Shown in pieces: positions 29,695 to 37,427 of a stretch of 64,000 nt of DNA. Numbering within the stretch: the first letter of the stretch is position 1; every line of letters starts with the position of its first letter. Both the position numbers and the translations under genes were made by a program. This DNA is from Amphiscolops sp. MND2022 (lineage: Eukaryota), in contig OZ076409.1 of NCBI GenBank assembly GCA_964187785.1, forward strand, positions 62,994,001-63,058,000, written 5' to 3'. The notes beneath the pieces were generated by a model that was given only the letters and a program-made list of their open reading frames with translations, did not search any database and was not told the origin of the DNA.

Positions 29695-29907
29695 AATAGT
29701 CTAAGCTAAAGTTTGGTCAACCGCAGAATTGAAATCAGCGGAAAATAATCTAAGGTAAGATTTTGTCAACCGCAGAATTGAAATCAGCGGAAAATAGTCT
29801 AAATTAAGATTTTGTCAACCGCAGAATTGAAATCAGCGGAAAATAGTCTAAGTTAAGGTTTTGGAAACCGCCGAGTTTAAATCAGCGGAAAATAGTCTAA
29901 GTTAAAG
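29695..29907. repeat. 49-bp tandem repeat (about 4.3 copies) inside the 3' LTR
   Basis: ccgc cores at 29721, 29770, 29819 and 29868 (period 49). Confidence 0.9.
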
Positions 29908-30684
29908 TCTCAGAGAGAATGAAATCTCTACTGAAAGGTCTAAATAGTCAGACTCACCAAACCGGAGACGAAATTGAAGAGAAATTTCTAAGTTAGAAAT
30001 TTCTTGTAAGGGAAGATTGGTTCTGGAAGTTGAAGTTAAATCAAGGATGAGTGGAGAAATATTCTAAGATGCAAGGGTATGATTAAAAGAGAATTATTGG
30101 ATCTGAGTTATTAAGCAAGAAGTTTTGTTGAGTTAAATAGCAATCGGAATTGAAAGTGAAGGCGAGAAATAGACTTTCTAAGTCTGAAGGGGAAGATAAT
30201 AGTAAAGGGAGAGGAAAGGGGGTAAAGTAAGAAAGAAGAGCAGGGGTGAGGGGAGAGAAGTGGAAGAGAAGTGAAGAGAAACGAGAGCTATTAAGTTTAA
30301 GCTCTGTCCGTTTCGATAAGTGTATGTGTGAATGAATCTCCTCGCCTGCGTTGGCCGTATATATACAGCCAAGCATTTCTTATCGTGCGCTGCGTAGCAG
30401 GCATGGCTTATCTTTCACCAATCATAGTTGGTTTCATATTTCAAATATACGCGGTATAATATAGAATTCTTCACTTGTGCAATTCCTTTCTCGTCACAGT
30501 ACTTCGTCATCATTATTACCATCGTTATGGCCGCCGCCTTATGACCGCCATCTTTATCTACAACTCTCTCTCCCATAAACAAACGTTAGTTCTAGTTCAT
30601 GTTTGTTTCTGTATTTGTTAGTTAAATATAGACTGCACTTTAGCACCTAATTATGTTTGTTAAAGCGTTAGTCATAACGCGACA

Positions 30685-30696
30685 GCTCACCCCCCT
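30685..30696 (-). promoter_or_regulatory. Polypurine tract of element 1 (AGGGGGGTGAGC)
   Basis: G-rich tract directly abutting the 3' LTR start on the minus strand. Confidence 0.8.
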
Positions 30697-30721
30697 GGCA
30701 GGATGAAAGAAAATAAATGAG

Positions 30722-31660
30722 TTATGGGTCAGACTGAAAGAAGGGGGAGTTATGTAGCGCGAGTGACTGAGGGGAAGGTTCCTTAAATTTGATTCTAAAT
30801 ATTATAGAGTCATTGTTTAGGAATGCTTCTCTGAAGTTGACAAGTAACTTCGTATGAGGGATGAAGTCTTCTTTGAGGAGGTTCGGGTGCGTGTAGAGAT
30901 TGTGAAGGGTATCTTCGTGGTTGTGGGGGTTGATTGGGAAAAGTGCGGACCACTTGTTGCCTTCGTCCTTCTGATCAAGGAATTCGACTTCTACTGTTTT
31001 ATCAAAGGGCCATGTTTGTGGGTGAGTGAAGTCGCTATAATGAAGTTCACAGCTAATAGAAGAGTGGGTCCCACGGAAGATGTTTATCCCGTAAGGGAAT
31101 ATTCTGAAGGAAATTTTGCAGCCTGATAGGTATGTTGGGTAAATAGGGCTCGCGAAGCTGTTTTTGATGTTGTGAAAGGGATCGTCTGGAGAGGTCCTTG
31201 CTTTTCGGTAAAGTGTGGAGAAGGCGGAAACTTGCCAAGTGATAAAATCTTTACCGTTCGCTTCAATCTGGCTCGCTCGGTTGAGGAGGGAGCTTTGGTG
31301 TTTGATTGTCGCTCGCAAATCGAAGATAGTGACTTCCAATTGTTGACGTTTATCTCGTGCCTCTTCGATTGAGGTACATAGCAGTTTGATTCGGTTTTCT
31401 AACTTCTTTTGGGGTTGATTAATGTCCGTTAAAGGGAAGGACTTTCGGAGCGGTGTGCTTTTTGTTCCCTGGTTATAGGTACTAGTTGATTTCTCCCATT
31501 CACTAATCCACATATTTAGTCTTTCCACTCCTTCGAGGTTTGCATGTTCTTCTTGATCGTTTTCTTCAGGCATAGGTGGCCAGTCGGGGTTAGGGATCGG
31601 TAGGTAGGGTTTGTGTTTTGGGATGAAGGGGGTGGCATTTGGGTTTAATTTTTGGCTCAT
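30722..31660 (-). CDS. PAM2 motif + coiled coil + TRAF-type MATH domain protein (312 aa), RING-less TRAF-like
   Basis: N-terminal KLNPNATPFIP matches PAM2; heptad region; ITWQV..F, SPIY..GCKISFRIFPYG..RGTHSSI, WPFDKTV..LDQ, FIPH..L and FLNNDSIIFR match TRAF-C motifs. Confidence 0.88.
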   Translation of the reverse strand: MSQKLNPNATPFIPKHKPYLPIPNPDWPPMPEENDQEEHANLEGVERLNMWISEWEKSTSTYNQGTKSTPLRKSFPLTDINQPQKKLENRIKLLCTSIEEARDKRQQLEVTIFDLRATIKHQSSLLNRASQIEANGKDFITWQVSAFSTLYRKARTSPDDPFHNIKNSFASPIYPTYLSGCKISFRIFPYGINIFRGTHSSISCELHYSDFTHPQTWPFDKTVEVEFLDQKDEGNKWSALFPINPHNHEDTLHNLYTHPNLLKEDFIPHTKLLVNFREAFLNNDSIIFRIKFKEPSPQSLALHNSPFFQSDP

Positions 31661-32238
31661 TGTGCAGATATGGATCTTAAGGGAACTGTCAGCCGCTGTC
31701 CCTTCAGTGCAGGGTTCTCAATAGTGTATTCTTGTCTTTTGTTGTCCCAAAAGACGATTTTCCAGGTTGAAAACTGTGGGAGTAGAGAATACTTTAGGTT
31801 TGCGTTAAACCTAGGTTTTTTAACGTATCTGGCTTTTCTAGTGAAGTATTCCCTTTTATGTTGCTTATGTAAGGGTGCTTCATCGGCTATCTCGTTGTTC
31901 CATTCATGATAGTGTTTTTGTGGTGTGTTTCTTCTGATGTCCTTTCCACCAAATCTAGGAGGATGTTGTGTTGACGGGATTGGTGGTATGTCTCCTGTGA
32001 ATGACAAAGGAAAGGGGAGTTGGTCGGATGGCGTTGGTGTGAAGGTTGGAGTTGGAGATTTTGAGGGTGATGATGGGACCGTTGAGTCAGGGGGGTCGGG
32101 AAGGAAGGTAATTGTTGTAGACGAGTCTGGTGTCAAAAAGTCTGAAGGAGATAGGGGTTCGATTTCTAGGTCACTTTCTGGGATAGGATCCAGGGTATCG
32201 TCGTCCAGGCTTGGTAGGTCGAATAGTGGTTCTAGATT
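31657..32238 (-). CDS. ATG-less ORF/exon (193 codons; acidic Pro/Ser/Thr-rich, then basic region), probably spliced to the env N-terminus
   Basis: The frame opens immediately after tttacttttAG (32239); it contains no ATG; its stop overlaps the next ATG (ATGA). Confidence 0.65.
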   Translation of the reverse strand, partial: NLEPLFDLPSLDDDTLDPIPESDLEIEPLSPSDFLTPDSSTTITFLPDPPDSTVPSSPSKSPTPTFTPTPSDQLPFPLSFTGDIPPIPSTQHPPRFGGKDIRRNTPQKHYHEWNNEIADEAPLHKQHKREYFTRKARYVKKPRFNANLKYSLLPQFSTWKIVFWDNKRQEYTIENPALKGQRLTVPLRSISAQ

Positions 32239-32284
32239 CTAAAAGTAAACTAATGAATGAATGAACTTGAAAATGTTTTTGGCT

Positions 32285-34432
32285 TTATATTGGAGCTACG
32301 AAGCTCTGTACTGAGGGATAAAGTGATTCTTCCTTATTCTTCAGTGCTTGGAGTTCTACTTCTTTTCCATTATCTTCAGTTTTCGCGTTTTTATCTTCAA
32401 CGCTATCCTCGTAAGGGGCCCGCGGGGTGAATACAGAAGTTAAAACTGAAGTAAAGAAAAGATTGTACGAAGCACTGAGCAATGTTTTAGTGAAGCTCAG
32501 TGTATTACCTGTGAGGTGACGAAGTTCAAAGTATCGGAAGACGAGTACCGTGATATCTATTACGAACTTAATGAAAAGAAAGGCGCCAAAATACGCGCCG
32601 CAGAGTTCTAGTACGTAAGATATACTTCCAAATGTTTCAAGGAACTGATTTTTGAAGTAATCGGGTGAGATCATGCCGTCAACATAAAAATCTGTACGGG
32701 GTGCATAATACGCGAAAGATTCAGGTCCACTATGGGCCATTGAGGGTGTGATGAGCTCACGTGAGAACTTCTGGAGGGCGTTGCGAGACGCTGCGCTGAT
32801 GAGGATGTTGTCCCAAAATTCTGAGAGTTGTTTAGGCGTATACATTCCCGCGTCTTGTGAACCAGGGAAGGATCTAGTAATCATTGGTTGTATGTCTTTG
32901 GGTCCGAAGATAGCAGGTCGGTCGCGATGTTCGGGTGAAGGAGTGAGGGTAAACCAGGAGTCTTTGTCTTCCATATCCAATTGAAAGAGGTTCTTAATGC
33001 GATCGCTGCAATTTTGGGCGTTCGCGTTAGGATAGGTCTGTCGGGTGATTGGGTCCACGAAGGCAACCACTCCTTTGTAGAAGATGGGTATGCGGTCGTA
33101 GCATCGGTTCATCGTGTGAAGAGGTGAGTGGGATTCCGGGCAGTGGTAGAGCCAAGCGAGGCTGCCATCTGTGTTCAGGAACATTGAGCGATTTCCCGTG
33201 AGCATGTATCCGGCGAGGCGAGGATTTTCCACTGATAGCATCAAAATAGTAAGGATTTGAGTTCTTTCTTGTTCGCATTGTGCTTTGAGGAGCTGGATTT
33301 CTGAAGCTTCGAGGAGACGAGTGCTCTCAAAGAAGAGATAATCAAGCTTTGTCCCTTGGTGTAACTCGTAATCCATGTTGAGGTAATGAGGTGTATTAGG
33401 GTTGGGGTCGCTCGGGCCTCGAAAGAGGTGGAGTCGGCCATTACCAGAACCATCTTCGGGTGAATAATATTGTAGTTTAGATGTCTCTCCCATGGAGATG
33501 CCGAGTCGTCTGCCGGACGTCATGTCGAAGCCACCAAGTTGGATTGAAACGTACAGGGATTCGTAGTTGGTCGGGTATACATCGTCTGGTTTGTTGCAAT
33601 ACTTTTGTGGTCTGTTGTAGACTTCGAATAAAAATTTGGTAGTGGAGTCGTTGCCGCTTACGATATAGTAGTTAGATCCGTGTTTGATCATGTTCACGAT
33701 TTCTTTCCTATGTACTGCAAGCACGCAATTATCGGGTTCCGCCCATGTGTAGGCGTATGGGTCCAGTGACGTCGTTTCGCAACCTAGTTGTTCTAAGGGG
33801 CAGGGAAGGACCATCTGAAACGGAGTCAGGACTTTTCCATCTCGAGTTTTTACTGATAATTCAGCATCTTGGATGTGAGATTCGAATGTTTCTCTTTTGA
33901 TCCAGCCACCTGTCTTGCATTCATTTCGGGTATCTGGGTCGCGTACACCGTCCCAACCCTTTCCGTATTTGGCGTTTCTCGTCTGTACTTGTTTCACTCC
34001 TTTCTTAAATTTGAGGGGTTGTCCATGGATTATGACTTCTTTGCCTTCACCCATTGCCTTGCAGGTTTCGGGTGACAGGGAAAGATCGCTGGTGATTCCG
34101 TCGTGTAGGATTGACATACTGGAGTGGTCGTGATAACCACAATGCCATTCTTCACTCTGATGTTTCACACGGCACATAGTGGCGTTGATAGTGCGGCGGA
34201 AATGTTTAGTGTATAACGTTACGCTCGCACGACTTACCTCTAAGTTTTCAGGTGCCACATTGCATTGTTCAACTTGATTCAATGCGTAGAGTTTATTTTG
34301 GGTCATTTCGCCGCAGTCGAAATGAGTTACTCGCAGTTTTTTAGCAACGCTAGCGAGGTTTGGCGTTGGACGTTGTAATATCACAACGGGCGCGTAATGG
34401 GCGCATAAAAAGAGTAAGTAAAATAATTTCAT
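32285..34432 (-). CDS. env: Env-like fusion glycoprotein (715 aa), chuvirus/Jingchuvirales glycoprotein-like
   Basis: N-terminal signal peptide; Cys pattern HFDC..ALNQVEQC..CRVK..WHCGYHDH..PETC; C-terminal transmembrane segment (CGAYFGAFLFIKFVIDITVLVF); splice acceptor TTTCAG 2 nt before the ATG. Confidence 0.85.
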   Translation of the reverse strand: MKLFYLLFLCAHYAPVVILQRPTPNLASVAKKLRVTHFDCGEMTQNKLYALNQVEQCNVAPENLEVSRASVTLYTKHFRRTINATMCRVKHQSEEWHCGYHDHSSMSILHDGITSDLSLSPETCKAMGEGKEVIIHGQPLKFKKGVKQVQTRNAKYGKGWDGVRDPDTRNECKTGGWIKRETFESHIQDAELSVKTRDGKVLTPFQMVLPCPLEQLGCETTSLDPYAYTWAEPDNCVLAVHRKEIVNMIKHGSNYYIVSGNDSTTKFLFEVYNRPQKYCNKPDDVYPTNYESLYVSIQLGGFDMTSGRRLGISMGETSKLQYYSPEDGSGNGRLHLFRGPSDPNPNTPHYLNMDYELHQGTKLDYLFFESTRLLEASEIQLLKAQCEQERTQILTILMLSVENPRLAGYMLTGNRSMFLNTDGSLAWLYHCPESHSPLHTMNRCYDRIPIFYKGVVAFVDPITRQTYPNANAQNCSDRIKNLFQLDMEDKDSWFTLTPSPEHRDRPAIFGPKDIQPMITRSFPGSQDAGMYTPKQLSEFWDNILISAASRNALQKFSRELITPSMAHSGPESFAYYAPRTDFYVDGMISPDYFKNQFLETFGSISYVLELCGAYFGAFLFIKFVIDITVLVFRYFELRHLTGNTLSFTKTLLSASYNLFFTSVLTSVFTPRAPYEDSVEDKNAKTEDNGKEVELQALKNKEESLYPSVQSFVAPI

Positions 34433-34500
34433 TTCTGAAATTCTTCAGTCTTTGACAATCAATCAGGAAAAATGTTTTTTATAGATATGTGGATCCACGG

Positions 34501-34934
34501 TAAGGCCGTAAAAAGGCAAGCCGTAATATCAAACCGGCAGCTTAGCTGGCACGACACTAAGCGGAGGTTAAAATTTTATAGTAGTAACCTCACTACTATT
34601 GGAAAGTGCCTTATGGAAAGATTGTTGTTTTTTGTTTAAAGTATAGGTTTCGGAGTAAGGCCGTAAAAAGGCAAGCCGTAATATCAAACCGGCAGCTTAG
34701 CTGGTACAACACTAAGCGGAGGTTAAAATTTTATAGTAGTAACCTCACTACTGTTCACACGTACCTAAGAGAAGGAGAAGTTTATTTGTCTTTTAGTTTA
34801 GTTTAATGTTATGGATCCTGAAATAAGGCCGTAAAAAGGCAAGCCGTAATATCAAACCGGCAGCTTAGCTGGCACGACACTAAGCGGAGGTTAAAATTTT
34901 ATAGTAGTAACCTCACTACTATTCAAAGAGTGCC
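34501..34934. ncRNA. Three tandem copies of a 97-nt structured RNA motif (cores 34501-34597, 34656-34752, 34824-34920)
   Basis: Near-identical cores separated by divergent linkers; three hairpins, an H-type pseudoknot and a covarying loop-to-flank pairing. Confidence 0.7.
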
Positions 34935-34980
34935 CGAAGAAAAATAGTAAAAGAAACTAACTTCAACCATCTGTGAAGGT

Positions 34981-35325
34981 TCAGCTGTAGTTATCACTGA
35001 TTGATTTTAGACTGGGAGAGTGTTTGTTACGTCTCTGGGCGTCGAGGAAATCGATTAACTTGCTGAGGAGATGAAGGGTCAGAGGGTGAACGTGATCTAA
35101 GTAAGCGATCTCCCTGTAGTCGGTTAGCGCCTTCGCAAGATCTGCTGCTTCTGTCGAGTCTGTGGCGACAGGGATGAGCCAATGTCCCGTTTGATGTGGT
35201 CGGAGGCTGTGGAGTTCAATCTGAAGTGCGGGGGCGCTCTCTTTCCAGGCTATAGAGAGGATCTCAAGAAGTGTGTTTGTTTCCGGGTGACGCCAGAGAA
35301 ATTTGAGTTGTATTTTAAACATCAT
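34981..35325 (-). CDS. Accessory ORF D (114 aa), small-protein family
   Basis: ATGATG start overlaps the last codons of ORF C; motif pattern shared with A and C. Confidence 0.7.
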   Translation of the reverse strand: MMFKIQLKFLWRHPETNTLLEILSIAWKESAPALQIELHSLRPHQTGHWLIPVATDSTEAADLAKALTDYREIAYLDHVHPLTLHLLSKLIDFLDAQRRNKHSPSLKSISDNYS

Positions 35326-35710
35326 AGGTCTCAACTAGGGTGTGAAGATATTTTATTCTAACCTCTTCTTCAAAGGGGTTAGTTACTAGAGTGATATCCA
35401 TAAAATAAACCAAGTCGTCGAAAGCCTTGTCTTTAAGGACGGCGGGGTGTTGGAGTATGTATTGTTGGAACGATAGGAATAGGTAGGCGTATTCCTTGGA
35501 CCCGAAGTGAATAGGGAAGAGGACTAGTGCTTCTTTGTCTTCTGGTGTGAGTATACGGACTTGTATCGCCGAGGTAGTGATCTCGTAAAAGATTGAGTGT
35601 ATTTCGTATTCACCCGTGAGTTGTATGGGTTTCCAAGGAACCGGAGGTTGAAATTGAGTGTGGAAGTAGTACTTATTTCCTCGAAATACAGCAACTGCGG
35701 GAGAGGACAT
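35315..35710 (-). CDS. Accessory ORF C (131 aa), small-protein family
   Basis: TAATG stop-start overlap with ORF B; motif pattern shared with A and D. Confidence 0.72.
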   Translation of the reverse strand: MSSPAVAVFRGNKYYFHTQFQPPVPWKPIQLTGEYEIHSIFYEITTSAIQVRILTPEDKEALVLFPIHFGSKEYAYLFLSFQQYILQHPAVLKDKAFDDLVYFMDITLVTNPFEEEVRIKYLHTLVETYDV

Positions 35711-35931
35711 TAAAGGACTGACTTGGCTCTTGTGAAGACTTCGGTAGGTGTGTTATTATATAGTAGACTCTCCAGTAGTGGGTAGATAGGTGATGCTGGC
35801 ACACACGTGTAGGTTTCACTCTCTTCTTCTGCGATTGCGTAGGCTTGTATGATTATGTTCGGTGTTGAGGGTTCCTTCTGAATATCAGTTATCTGGGAAA
35901 GTCGGTTGTCAATTTTGAATATTATGATCAT
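35710..35931 (-). CDS. Accessory ORF B (73 aa), small-protein family
   Basis: Start overlaps the stop of a 14-codon uORF (ATGA); stop overlaps the ORF C start (TAATG). Confidence 0.6.
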   Translation of the reverse strand: MIIIFKIDNRLSQITDIQKEPSTPNIIIQAYAIAEEESETYTCVPASPIYPLLESLLYNNTPTEVFTRAKSVL

Positions 35932-36172
35932 CGGTGAGCTGTTATGCCTTGTGGCGTGTGTGCATCAAACATAGCAAATCTGAGAATGGAATCATCAGTT
36001 ATTTCATTGCGTTTTTGGGGGTATTTGTAGAGGAGAGAGGATTACGACTTCATGAGTCGTCGTAGTAAACTAGACAAATGTCCGGGTAGGATATTATATT
36101 TTATATCTGATGACTAAGTTGAATAGTGATACATATATGGTTGACTTTAATCAATAATTATAAACATTTTGC

Positions 36173-36868
36173 ATGACTTTAAATAAATCAAATTTGTATT
36201 TAGGGATGAGCAACAACGACAACAACAACTATAGCGACTATTACGAAGAATCCTCGACCGATGAGGAGACTACTGCTCCAGGGTCTGTGTCGGGCACTGC
36301 CGCTACCTCTTTGCCGCCACAATCGTCGTCGTCAGCTGGGCCGTCCTCGTCGAGCGGAGCGCGCACCAGTTCTTCTGCTCCCGCGTCATCAGGTTCTCAG
36401 GCAGGGACCTCTGGGGGTGGGTCTTTTGTGGCGTTTGTGGCCCCGAGGACTAGTGGCCCTTTTCCGCAAGCTCCCTCTACCATCTCGCAGGGTGTTTTGG
36501 AGAGCCCTGGGGATCAAAGTTTTATGGGTTTATTTACCCATAGGGATATCGACCGCCTAGAAAACTGGGCTTCATTAACTAGTTCCCTTCAGGGTACCCC
36601 CGGGTTTTCTGTTTCTGGTCCTCCCGGTCCAAATGCTCTAACTAGTTTCTTGCGGGCTAACTGGGGGGCCCGTTGGGAGCAGACTCTCCTGTCCTCTCTC
36701 GGCGAAATAGTCGTCTTCCAGCTGCGAGCCTACATAAGTGGCTACTCGCAGCTGACTAGTTTTGAGAGGGGTCAGTGGACCCGCCTCTATTCATTGTGGA
36801 CAATGGGGGAGCGGGCGGCTCAGCTGCGGCGACTTGCAGAGAAGGGAGGTTTCCTGGAAATTGAGTAG
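36173..36868 (+). CDS. Antisense accessory ORF (220-231 aa; acidic, Ser/Gly-rich N-terminus, helical Trp-rich C-terminus)
   Basis: Long GC-rich ORF opposite to element sense, occupying its own segment with no listed ORF on the other strand; likely ATG at 36206, just after tttag. Confidence 0.72.
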   Translation: MTLNKSNLYLGMSNNDNNNYSDYYEESSTDEETTAPGSVSGTAATSLPPQSSSSAGPSSSSGARTSSSAPASSGSQAGTSGGGSFVAFVAPRTSGPFPQAPSTISQGVLESPGDQSFMGLFTHRDIDRLENWASLTSSLQGTPGFSVSGPPGPNALTSFLRANWGARWEQTLLSSLGEIVVFQLRAYISGYSQLTSFERGQWTRLYSLWTMGERAAQLRRLAEKGGFLEIE

Positions 36869-37033
36869 GCATTATTGCCTCTCATCTCCAGGAAATACTT
36901 TATTTTTCTACGCTTTTGTGTTTGCTGCTTTTCGTAAGTTCCTTCTCGGGGTTGCACAAATTGTATAGGTAAAAAGTCTAATAATAATAATAAGAATAAT
37001 GATAATATTTTTCGAATAAGCGGTAATATCCGG

Positions 37034-37420
37034 CTAGGAGCTAGGCGAGGAGATAGTAGAACAGCAGAATAAGTCTTTTTGTGTGTTAGGTAATGAAGGT
37101 TGTAGGTCAGGTATCAGGGTAGGCATGTAGGATAGTAGTTCCTCTAGGATAGGGTCATGGTGGGTGACGGCATAATAGGCTAAGTGTTGATATAAGCGGG
37201 CGAAAGTAGGTGATTCTGGGTGTATATGAAGGTTAGATTTTCTAGGCGTAGGTTGTTTATGTGGGCTAGGATCTGGGTCGTTGGAGTAGAAACAAATTCT
37301 AACTATTTTGTTTTTGTAGGTCCAGTAGATTTTAGTAATCGTAACCTGCAGAATTCCTAAGGACTGGAGTTCTCGCGGGACTTGCCAAGGCAAGTTTAGA
37401 TAGACTTTATGGCACGGCAT
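37034..37420 (-). CDS. Accessory ORF A (128 aa), unknown small-protein family
   Basis: ATG 7 nt after the pol C-terminal stop; motif pattern shared with ORFs B-D. Confidence 0.7.
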   Translation of the reverse strand: MPCHKVYLNLPWQVPRELQSLGILQVTITKIYWTYKNKIVRICFYSNDPDPSPHKQPTPRKSNLHIHPESPTFARLYQHLAYYAVTHHDPILEELLSYMPTLIPDLQPSLPNTQKDLFCCSTISSPSS

Positions 37421-37427
37421 AGTAAGG

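Larger units (their letters stand above)
29055..30684 (-). repeat. 3' LTR of element 1 (1630 bp)
   Basis: Direct repeat of 45417-47045; preceded on the minus strand by the PPT; 6-bp terminal inverted repeat. Confidence 0.97.

Noticed and set aside
30083..30376. 97-aa and 64-aa ORFs in the element 1 LTR (duplicated at 46444-46737)
   Set aside because: Low-complexity polypyrimidine tract; starts lie upstream of the predicted transcription start; duplicated only because the LTR is.
34501..34920. CRISPR-like array reading of the three 97-nt repeats
   Set aside because: Repeats are too long, linkers are low-complexity and partly homologous, there are no cas genes, and the context is a eukaryotic retroelement.
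34501..34920. Known self-cleaving ribozyme (hammerhead, HDV-like, twister, pistol)
   Set aside because: No CUGANGA/GAAA core, no HDV P3/L3 topology, and no twister or pistol conserved segments on either strand by eye.
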